Source: Selaginella moellendorffii | Taxonomy: Eukaryota > Plantae > Lycopodiophyta | Direction of reading: 5' to 3' | Assembly: GCF_000143415.4 (NCBI RefSeq) | Contig: NW_003314341.1 | Span: forward strand, 1 to 20,310 | Length of the DNA: 20,310 nucleotides | Notes under the pieces: model-generated | Told to the model about the DNA's origin: nothing | Database searches by the model: none | What the model saw: the letters and a program-made list of their open reading frames with translations, nothing else | Program-made: the position numbers and the translations under genes | Shown: positions 1 to 9,215 of the stretch, in pieces | How the letters are laid out: every line of letters begins with the position of its first letter | Numbering within the stretch: position 1 is the stretch's first letter

Positions 1-485
1 AAGTAATTAAGGGTGGGTGCGGATACTGAGCCTGGTCCACGCAACTTTCGTACGATCATCTACGTCTGCCGGTATGAAGTAGTCTCCATATCGTAGACCC
101 AGTCTTCCAAAACCTGATAGTCCCGCATGCCTCTGAAATTAGGCGGTTTCGGAGGCTTGAACTTTGAAACTCGTGCAACCGGGGGCGGCTGCAGAACTTC
201 ATCGTCCTCAGAACTCGAAGAGGAGTCCGGTTGCTTAGGCTTAGCTGGTTTAGCTGCCTCAGCTTCTTTCTTCCTCTTCTTGTTCTCCTTCTTCAATTTG
301 CGAATCTCCCTTCGCAAATTCTCGATTTCAACTTCCTGAGCCGTACGCTGCAATGCCGCAGCATCTGGCTCTTCCTCCTCTGACTCGGCCTCAGCCCCTT
401 CCGCAGCATCTCTAGCAGGAGTTTCCTCCTCTCGATTCGCCCGTCTAGAGGTTTCGGCGTCATCAGCACGGTTCCTCTTCACCAT
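1..485 (-). pseudogene. gag: 5' part of Ty3/gypsy gag of LTR element 1 (frameshifted near 83, runs off the window)
   Basis: ATG at 485 lies downstream of the PBS. The translation has an acidic/coiled-coil N-terminus, then KPPKPPNFRGMRDYQVLEDWVYDME, which resembles the chromoviral Gag motif (K.PEPK.F.G.R....LE.FLWDME.YF). A 1-nt shift after DME restores xYFIPADVDDRTKVAW. Confidence 0.8.
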
Positions 486-663
486 CCTACTAGCTGCATG
501 CATGCCTCTATCAGTAACTGAACATGCATACAACGTTCTTACCGAATGGTGCAATCCAACTAATCCTACACAGGTCGCTTCGGATCTACTAGAAAAGTCT
601 CTGCGTATGCAACTTGAGTCAGAAAATCCGACAAAAGTTGGATAGAAATCGCTAAGACAATTC

Positions 664-674
664 CTCTGATACCA
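664..674 (-). promoter_or_regulatory. Primer binding site for tRNA-iMet, element 1
   Basis: The reverse complement reads TGGTATCAGAG, 2 nt inside the LTR end (...GCGCTACA-TT-TGGTATCAGAG). Confidence 0.92.
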
Positions 675-676
675 AA

Positions 677-1595
677 TGTAGCGCACCTGAATTTGGAGCC
701 GAACTCCAAGCCCGTTGCGCTACGAAACGAGGGTCCGGTACAATCCCACGAGCACCAGCTCCCCGTATCCAGCACCTGCACGCAAAATGGTGTCAGACGG
801 AGTCTGGCACAATTTTGGCATACCGGTGGCCTAACGCGAGAAGGAGGGTACTCCACCGACTAGAGCAGCGTGGAGCTTGGGCTTAGACCCAAGCCGGACG
901 CAGAACAAGGAGCGACACAGCCCAGCGGGAGCCAAACTAATGTCTCAGGTGGTCGGACATGCATTCCAACCACTATCCCTACTATACATTTGGAACCCCC
1001 CACAGCCCCCCCCCCTTGAGGGACACACGCTTTGGGCTTTCACCCCAAGCCTCCCTTAGTACCAGGAGTTAGTCTCTGGGACAAGTCCGAAACTTACTAA
1101 ATATGGAATGTCCTTAGATTGCCAATTTGGACCTGGGATGAACACCATTGTGTTCAGACCGATCTCTACATTCCGTAGATATGCCAAATGAGCTAATCTA
1201 GACACCTTCCATAAATAGCATTCGGGACTGAAATGAGACCAACACAAAGGGCGTGATAGCGAGGGTGTTTGGCAGACACGGTAAGCTATCATCCGGCGAT
1301 ATTGAGGGACTAGTCTCAATACGCGAGGGTTCTTGCCAAGCCAGTGCAAGACAGAGCAAAAGAGAACTAACAAGCCGGGCCAAGTATGCTTGGCTAAATA
1401 GACACTTAGGAATTCCTTCCTTATGCTCATCCGGCCAAGTACAGATGCTAAGTCCAGTTTACTAACACTTGGACAAGAGGGGCCAATAAAGGGAACCAGC
1501 AGTACCGACCTCCTACCGTCATGGCAGTAAGGAAAGAGTGCCCGTAAGGACTGGTCGACAAGTATCTTTCGATACCCGAAGTCACATTCGCGACA
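677..1595 (-). mobile_element. 5' LTR of element 1 (919 bp)
   Basis: TG...CA termini with an imperfect inverted repeat (TGTAGCG...CGCGACA), adjacent to the PBS. Confidence 0.88.
971..1047 (-). promoter_or_regulatory. Copy of rDNA Pol I promoter inside element 1 LTR (putative +1 at 980)
   Basis: The reverse complement matches 11765-11840 except for about 3 substitutions and 1 indel. Confidence 0.8.
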
Positions 1596-2329
1596 CTAGA
1601 GCAGCGTGGAGCTTGGGCTTAGACCCAAGCCGGACGCAGAACAAGGAGCGACACAGCCCAGCGGGAGCCAAACTAATGTCTCAGGTGGTCGGACATGCAT
1701 TCCAACCACTATCCCTACTATACATTTGGAACCCCCCACAGCCCCCCCCCCCTTGAGGGACACACGCTTTGGGCTTTCACCCCAAGCCTCCCTTAGTACC
1801 AGGAGTTAGTCTCTGGGACAAGTCCGAAACTTACTAAATATGGAATGGCCTTAGATTGCGAATTTGGACACGGAACGAACACCATTGTGTTCAGGCCACT
1901 CTCTACGTTCTGTAGATATGCCAAATGAGCGAATCTAGACACTTTCCATAAATAGTATATGGGACTGAAATGAGACCAACACTAAGGGTATGATAGCGAG
2001 GGTGTTTGGCAGACACGGTAAGCTATCATCCAGCGATATTGAGGGACTAGTCTCAATATGCGAGGGTTCTTGCCAAGCCAGTGCAAGACAGAGCAAAAGA
2101 GAACTAAGAGCCAGGCCGAGAATGCTCAGCTAGAAACACATAGGAGTTCCTACCTTATGTTCATCTGGCTAAGTACAGATGCTAAGCCCAGTAAGCTAAC
2201 ACTTGGACAAGAGGGGCTATTGAAGGGAACCAGCAGTACCGACCTCCTGCCGTCGTGGCAGTAAGGAAAGAGTGCCCGTAAGGACTGGCCGACAAGTATC
2301 TTTCGATACCCGAAGTCACGTTTGCGACA
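1596..2329 (-). mobile_element. Second, partial copy of the element 1 LTR (equivalent to 860-1595)
   Basis: Direct repeat starting CTAGAGCAGCG and ending TTTGCGACA. It lacks the 183 bp PBS-proximal part. Confidence 0.9.
1707..1784 (-). promoter_or_regulatory. Copy of rDNA Pol I promoter inside the partial LTR (putative +1 at 1716)
   Basis: Same as 971-1047 with one more C in the homopolymer. Confidence 0.8.
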
Positions 2330-3347
2330 ATATAAGTGTATGGTCCTTAAATACTACTTACAATTGTCAATGTAAGGTGTGTTTGCCAAATTGTGTCATT
2401 AGTTAGTTATTAACTAGGATATTGTAAGCGACTAATTTTTCCATTCTACTTTAGTCACTTAACCACACCTCCGACCACTTGGAGGAGTCTCATTCACAAC
2501 CTCCATCAGTCCAATTCAGGACTTGGGACTTGCTAGCCCCAAGAATGGCATCCATGCCACTCCACACTTGCACCTGGTCCAAGTGCTCCACGTGTCCGGT
2601 CCTGAGACCGACACCCAAAGGTACCACTGACATCTCGGCCCGTTACGCTAAGGCCATGCCCATTCACCTTTGCTGCACTAGTGGTTCAACACCACTTGCA
2701 TCACCACCCCGTCTCTCCGAGACTGGGCCATGTGTCCACGAGTGGTCATCCTAGATCCACTCCTTAGCATCCTTAGGATGCCCACAGACCTGGGGAATTG
2801 CCTTCCCCAAAGTCCCTTTGTCAGTTCCTACCAAGTCCCTTTCTGCCCCTGGCCGTGTTTGCCAACACTACCACTGGATCGAGGCCCACAGGCCCGACCA
2901 CTAAGTCCCACGGTCCTCTGGGACTTCCTCACCACATGACTGTGTCCTTGGTCACTACCCCAGAGGACTGCTCCTCCTCCTTTCCACAGTCTGGGCCTTT
3001 GGGACAACATTTCGGAACACCGTGGCCTTACGCGAGCCACCTGGGTACTCTCCCCATCTATCGCCTTTAGGTGCTCTAGCCATGGGCTTAGAGCGAGGTT
3101 CCGTTGAGCCACGCCTGGTATCCAAGTAGGTAGTGCCACCCACACTTGGACTGGGAGCATCGGCCAGTCGATCTCCCGGGGGAACTAGAGCCGGCTCTTG
3201 AACACTTCACCAAGCTACCCCGCTTGTCGGTCCGTGTTCACTCTAGTCTTGGACTTCCCAGTGGGCAGCTCATCACCCAACACTGGGTCCGGCCTTCCTG
3301 GGCCAAACTGGCCTTTCCTGGCCAAACTGGCTCCACTGCAGTCCTCC

Positions 3348-3403
3348 CCCTACTATACTTTTGGGGCTCACCAAACCCCCCAGGGTCTGGGAGGCTTTCC
3401 CCT
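3348..3403 (-). promoter_or_regulatory. Pol I promoter-like motif in the 3' LTR of element 2, upstream element partly deleted
   Basis: The reverse complement contains CCAAAAGTATAGTAGGG, identical to 11818-11834. A 13-nt and a 1-nt deletion affect the upstream box relative to the 5' LTR. Confidence 0.65.
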
Positions 3404-3411
3404 CTCAGGCT

Positions 3412-3923
3412 CCGGACTCGGCCTCGGACTCGGACTCGGACTCGGACTCGGATTCGGACTCGGACTCAGGCTCGGGTTCGGGCTCGGTCTTGGCCTCGGC
3501 CTCGGTCTCGGTCTCGGTCCCGATCTCGGTCTCGGTCTCAGTCTCGGTCCCGGTCTCAGTTCCGGTCTCCGTCTCGACTTCGATCTCCATCTCGGGTCCA
3601 TCTCGGCGTCCATCTCGGACTCCATTTCGGGTCCATCTCGGGTCCACCTCGGACTCCATCTCGGACTCCATCTCGGACTCCATCTCGGAATCCATCTCGG
3701 ACTCCATCTCGGACTCCATCTCGGGTCCATCTCGGACTCCATCTCGGACTCCATTTCGGGTCCATCTCGGGTCCACCTCGGACTCCATCTCGGACTCCAT
3801 CTCGGACTCCATCTCGGGTCCATCTCGGACTCCAACTCGGGTTCATCTCGGGTCCACCTCGGACTCCATCTCGGACTCCATCTCGGACTCCATCTCGGGT
3901 CCATCTCGGACTCCATCTCGGAC
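3412..3923. repeat. GC-rich minisatellite in LTR U3: 6-mers (CGGACT/CGGTCT) then 11/12-mers (GGGTCCATCTC/GGACTCCATCTC)
   Basis: Directly visible tandem array. Confidence 0.97.
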
Positions 3924-4154
3924 ACTCCCACGTGTCATGTGTTGGTCCTTTTGGGTCCCTTTTTGGAGCCTTGCCTTTTGCTCGCTTCGTGCTCGTTCCT
4001 CGAGCACTTCGTTGGGAGTTCCACTCCCGCTCTTGACTTTTCAAGTCGGAGCTTTTGGTCCAAACGTGTTACGCTCGTTTGGCTCTCGCTTCGGCCACTA
4101 CCATGTGGCGCCCTTCCGGCTCCACTTTGGGGCCTAGGGATTTTGTGTCTCACA

Positions 4155-4195
4155 ACTCCACCACCCATAGACGAAGTTCGATGTCCTCATCGAAC
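4155..4195 (-). promoter_or_regulatory. Polypurine tract plus pre-PPT hairpin
   Basis: The minus strand reads GGGTGGTGGAGT immediately before the LTR TG. Hairpin GTTCGATG-AGGA-CATCGAAC (4176-4195) contains the GAGGAC motif typical of chromovirus 3' ends. Confidence 0.8.
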
Positions 4196-5630
4196 GGTAA
4201 ACCCTTTCATAAAGTAACACCCACATGTGTTACCATTTCCATCTTTGGCACCTAGCCAATCTTTGTCTATGGTTTGACATCAAAGGCTCACCATGCCTTG
4301 TCCATCCTTTAAGGAGCGTAGTCTCTCCAACTTAGAGATTGATTGGACCACATGTAATGGTTCTCCAATTTTATTGGTTTAGTTCTCGCTAAACCTCTTA
4401 GAGACCCTTCTCTAAGTCAATCCCACTACTCCTCCTTGAGTAGTCTCAATTTCCATTTATTGAATGTTTGCACCTTGGAACTTTCACTCTTTTGACTTTT
4501 TGGGAGTCAATTTCCTAGGTGTCTCCAACACCTTGCATTGCACAGATTGTGCAACTCCACTTCCCTATCCTAGGAAGTTCATTACTTGAGGGCACCATCA
4601 TCCTCTCTTCTATTTCGTGCCACCTTGGGCACTAAGTTCCATTTATCATACCTTGTGCTAGGGCTGTCCATGGCCCTATCATTTGGCTACCTTACCGCTC
4701 CCTCACTTGGAGCCTCTACTTCGCCAAATTGGAGCACTTAGGAATCCGTCCTTGAAAGTCTGCTTCCTTTCCCACAAGCTGTTAGCATCGAACACATTAG
4801 TGTTCCTTGGCTAACTTTGCCATTTGGATCCCTTCCATTAAATTCCATGGCCCAAACTTTGGCCACTAGTCCTTTGCTCCTATCCTTGATTGTTGCACCC
4901 AGCAACATCGGATCACTACCTCCATTTTTGAGGTATCCTTTCGGTTCCATAGCAAAGACTCTTCTTTGCCAAGTCCGGAGGATGTTCACCCCTAGTATGT
5001 CTCTTTAGCATATTCTGCTATGGGCTCTATCCATGGCCCAACTTCGTGACCCTCCCATGGGTCTTTTATAGAGACTACTTTCCTCGGACTCACTATGCCA
5101 TCGCACGGACATAGTTTATTTCCCTTAGGTGCTCTTCCCACTTGGTCATCGCGACCAAGCCACACCATCTTAAACAGTTCAATTTCAACATTTTGAACCA
5201 GGAACTTCATTCCTTAGCCAACCAAGGACCTTGTCCTTATCTAGCCATAAGATCACCTAGTGATCTCACCTTGGCACCTTAACAGAGTTGCCAAGAGGTA
5301 CTTGGTCTTCTAGACCTCCAAGTTGTTGACTATAACCCCGGGGGCATCCCCCACACTTGGCGGTGCACCCAAGCTAGCCCTTACGGCCAAGGGTTCATAG
5401 CAACTGAGATTAGGTGTCCCCATCTCACTCACCACGACCTTGGTGCCACTTGCACCAAAGTGTTCAAGTTAGATATGCTGAGTTTTCACACTAAGCAATC
5501 TAACCGTGCATCACGACTCTGAGGCATCCCTCGCTTGGCGGTGTGCCCAAACCAGTCTCCCCACTGAGAGTCCATGACCACCGAAATATGAGTGTCCTCA
5601 TATTCCAAACCATCACCACGCCCTAGTGAT

Positions 5631-5675
5631 TTGGGACTCGAACCCAAGCACTAGAGGGTCGGGACTCGAACCCAA
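5631..5675 (-). promoter_or_regulatory. Two tandem tRNA T-arm / Pol III B-box motifs
   Basis: The minus strand reads TTGGG-TTCGAGT-CCCGA and TTGGG-TTCGAGT-CCCAA: 5-bp stem, 7-nt loop, matching the consensus GGTTCGANTCC. Confidence 0.55.
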
Positions 5676-8198
5676 CCTCCGTATATGCATCTACGGACGG
5701 CATCACACTAGATGCCTGGCGTGACTCCCCACGCCGGTGCACCAACCTATTTTTAAAGCGCGCTACAGATCACAGCTTAGGAACCTAGTTCCTCCACACT
5801 GCCAAGTCCTCTCACTTGACATGTCTATGATCATGCATGGACTCCTCCATGCTCGGCCCCATGGCCCACCCTTTTTGAAGTTATCACCTTCAACTAGGGT
5901 CTTTGTTCCCCCGACGTGCCAATCTCACTTGGCAAGTTCTCCGACCATTGTAACATGGTTCCTGCATAAGCGTGAAAGTCCTTGACCATCGACTTTCGTT
6001 CAAAGCCCTCTCTTTGAACACTCGGGAACTACTTCCCTAACCTTGATAACCTTGCCTCATGGCAAGCTTCAAGACCACGCTTCTGCTGCGCCACTCTGAT
6101 TTCGCGCGTTCCATGAACCATTTACACTTGGCATTTCTAGGTACTACGCTACCTAGAATCGTCTTTGGGAACCTTGAAAGAACTCTGTCCCTCAACTTGC
6201 TAAGGCCTCCCCTTTCGCAAGCTTTATAGTTGCCATATAGTCTAACATGGACAATTCCATATTTTAGACCCTCTATGGCATCACGGTTGCTAGCAACAAC
6301 ATCCTCGAGCACCCTTTTGATTCTCCACTCCCAGCTGTCATAACCAACCTTGGTTATGCCCTTTGATTCCTATGGTTCGGTTCTATCCCCTTCTTGCTTT
6401 TTGGCTTCACACCTTTCCTTTGGTCATTCTCCTCCAGACCAGGAGGATAGCTTTGCACTTTCTATCATGCCTTAGCAAGTATTCTTAGGGATGAACCTAC
6501 CCAATAGCCTAGGGAGTGGTTCCTCAATCCGGGTATGCTCACCCTATAATCCAACACGCTGGGATTACATTGTTGCTTATGGGCCTTTACATGCCCATCA
6601 CTAGCCTTGCCAAAATTCCATTTTTGGCTTTGTCCAACTCGGGTAGACAGTCCTCTCCTGTCTCCGCAACCTTGGACATTTGGATAGCACCTTCTATCCA
6701 CCATTCGCTAGGGACTTAGTCCCTTGGGCTTTATCCATTGCCCTCGCGACATCAAACACCACCTTCTGGTGTTCTAGAGTGTTCGGGTGTCCCAATGATG
6801 GCTTTCTTGACAATGAGTATTTCCTTTTATGACATTGACTTACTATATCGCAACATAAGCAACTTATCCCCCGTAAGGGTATATCCGACTTCCCTATACT
6901 AGAAGTCTTGGGTAGCTACCTTCTACCCGTTTAACCAGTTATTTTGCACCTCTTGCTTAGTTGCCTCATGGTTGTCAAGTTCTACAACTCATTGCTTGGT
7001 GCTTGCACACCTCCATCACTATCTGGGTCACCACACTCCAACTGCATGCTCTGCAGCTTAGGCTATGCCATTCCCATTTCCATTGGGATTCCTTTGGCAA
7101 GGGGTTCTCATGAACCCACCAACATAGCCTCAAGGTATCACACCTTGGCACATTTGGTGTCTCCACACCATCGGCTCCACGAGCCTACCTGTATGACATT
7201 TCCCTTCGTGTCTAAGTCTTTGCCAAGACCAACACCGCTCTTTCTCATGCCAACCGTCTGTTAGCACTGCCCCATAGAGGTCACACACAACTTTATGTCA
7301 AAGTTGTTTTCTTCTGGGAACACCTTTCCCATAACTTTAGCATGGCACATTTTGCCATCGATGAGATACTCTCTGTTCTCATCCTTGGATCCTATGATCC
7401 CCCCCCCATCCTTTGTGGGGTACAACGCACCTCAGTCCAAATGCTTCATTCAGTCCTTTTAGGACCATTCGTTGACTCTACTTGAGTCATCCAGCAGTTT
7501 TGGACTTGGTTAATCCAGAGACCCGTAAGGTCCTACTTGTGAGGCACTAGTTCACTAGAATACACTTTTTGCATTCCTGTCCTACTCAAAAGGACTATTT
7601 TCACAAGTGTTACTCCGACACTTGATTTTGTTCTCTAGGGGCAACCTTTGCCCCTTAGGACTACTTGTCCATGTGATGAGAACACCAACTCATCCACTTA
7701 ATACACCCCCAACTCCTTGGGTTGTTCCAGCATTTATTAGAGGTAGCCCCGGCCACCATTTCAAGGACTTGAGTCCTCTTCCGTATTTGACCTTCCACGG
7801 TCATTACCTTTGGTCTCACATTCATGAGCACCAACCTCAACTATATGAGGATAATCTTGTGACTCCTTTATTGTTTTGGAGTCTCTATCTTTCCCGTGAT
7901 CCCAACTTTAGTTGTTTACCACAACAACCTAAGCCAATTTGCTGAGACAAATGCTCATCCGGATCACATCCTCAACTCAATGAGGAAAACCTTGCACTGT
8001 TCCCAAGATCCCAAAGTCGTTCCATTATTGGCCCTTTTCTATCCACCACCTCGTCTACAAGTTCACACATGAACTGTAATGGAGAGCCATGTCTTCCAGA
8101 CTTGCTACTCCTCAAGGATAGGCCCACTCCTCGGACCTTCCGATGCCAACACTAGTGGTGATATACTTGAGCACCAATAAAAGTCGGACTAAGGAACA

Positions 8199-8210
8199 GC
8201 TCCGATACCA
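8199..8210 (-). promoter_or_regulatory. Primer binding site for tRNA-iMet, element 2
   Basis: The reverse complement is TGGTATCGGAGC (one change from TGGTATCAGAGC), 3 nt inside the LTR end. Confidence 0.9.
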
Positions 8211-9137
8211 AGTTGTAAGAGACTAATTTTTCCATTCTACTTTAGTCACTTAACCACACCTCCGACCACTTGGAGGAGTCTCATTCACAACCTCCATCAG
8301 TCCAATTCAGGACTTGGGACTTGCTAGCCCCCAGAATGGCATCCATGCCACTCCACACTTGCACCTGGTCCAAGTGCTCCACGTGTCCGGTCCTGAGACC
8401 GACACCCAAAGGTACCACTGACATCTCGGCCCGTTACGCTAAGGCCATGCCCATTCACCTTTGCTGCACTAGTGGTTCAACACCACTTGCATCACCACCT
8501 CGTCTCTCCAAGACTAGGTCATGTGTCCACGAGTGGTCATCCTAGATCCACTCCTTAGCATCCTTAGGATGCCCACAGACCTGGGGAATTGCCTTCCCCA
8601 AAGTCCCTTTGTCAGTTCCTACCAAGTCCCTTTCTGCCCCTGGCCGTGTTTGCCAACACTGCCACTGGATCGAGGCCCACAGGCCCGACCACTAAGTCCC
8701 ACGGTCCTCTGGGACTTCCTCACCACATGACTGTGTCCTTGGTCACCACCCCAGAGGACTGCTCCTCTTCCTTTCCACAGTCTGGGCCTTTGGGACAACA
8801 TTTTGGAACACCGTGGCCTTACGCGAGCCACCTGGGTACTCTCCCCGCCTTTCGCCTTTAGGTGCTCTAGCCATGGGCTTAGAGCGGGTTCCGTTGAGCC
8901 ACGCCTGGTATCCAAGTAGGTAGTGCCACCCACACTTGGACTGGGAGCATCGGCCAGTCGATCTCCCGGGGGAACTAGAGCCGGCTCTTGAACACTTCAC
9001 CAAGCTACCCCGCTTGTCGGTCCGTGTTCACTCTAGTCTTGGACTTCCCAGTGGGCAGCTCATCACCCAACACGCGGTCCGGCCTTCCTGGCCCAAACTG
9101 GCCTTTCCTGGCCAAACTGGCTCCACTGCATGCCTCC

Positions 9138-9206
9138 CCCTACTATACTTTTGGAGCTCACCAAACCCCCCAGCGTCTGGGAGACGAACGCTTAGGGCTT
9201 TCACCC
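9138..9206 (-). promoter_or_regulatory. Pol I promoter-like bipartite motif in the 5' LTR of element 2 (putative +1 at 9141)
   Basis: The reverse complement reads GGGTGAAAGCCCTAAGCGTTCGTCTCCCAG...TCCAAAAGTATAGTAGGG. Both boxes match 11767-11834, with 55 versus 54 nt spacing. Confidence 0.75.
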
Positions 9207-9215
9207 TCTCAGGCT

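Larger units (their letters stand above)
2423..4154 (-). mobile_element. 3' LTR of element 2 (1732 bp)
   Basis: TGTAAGCGAC...GTCTCACA; direct repeat of 8214-10121; next to the PPT. Confidence 0.93.

Noticed and set aside
486-686. N-terminal extension of ORF 60..686
   Set aside because: It starts at a GTG inside the LTR and crosses the PBS; the real gag start is more likely the ATG at 485 or one just upstream.
3260-3280. Hammerhead ribozyme (retrozyme) core in the LTR
   Set aside because: TGATGAG is present but there is no CTGATGA plus GAAA core with the required helices.
3248-3295. 5S/Cassandra-like text CTGGGAAGTCC on the minus strand of the element 2 LTR
   Set aside because: Only 11 nt match; there is no A box, AGTA loop E or C box alignment.
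3146-4217. Long ORFs in all frames (also 8936-10223)
   Set aside because: Artefacts of the stop-free GC minisatellite; the translations are low-complexity.
7325-7400. Chromodomain-like EYLI-x-WQN on the minus strand
   Set aside because: It needs frameshifts and is in the wrong part of the element; not supportable.
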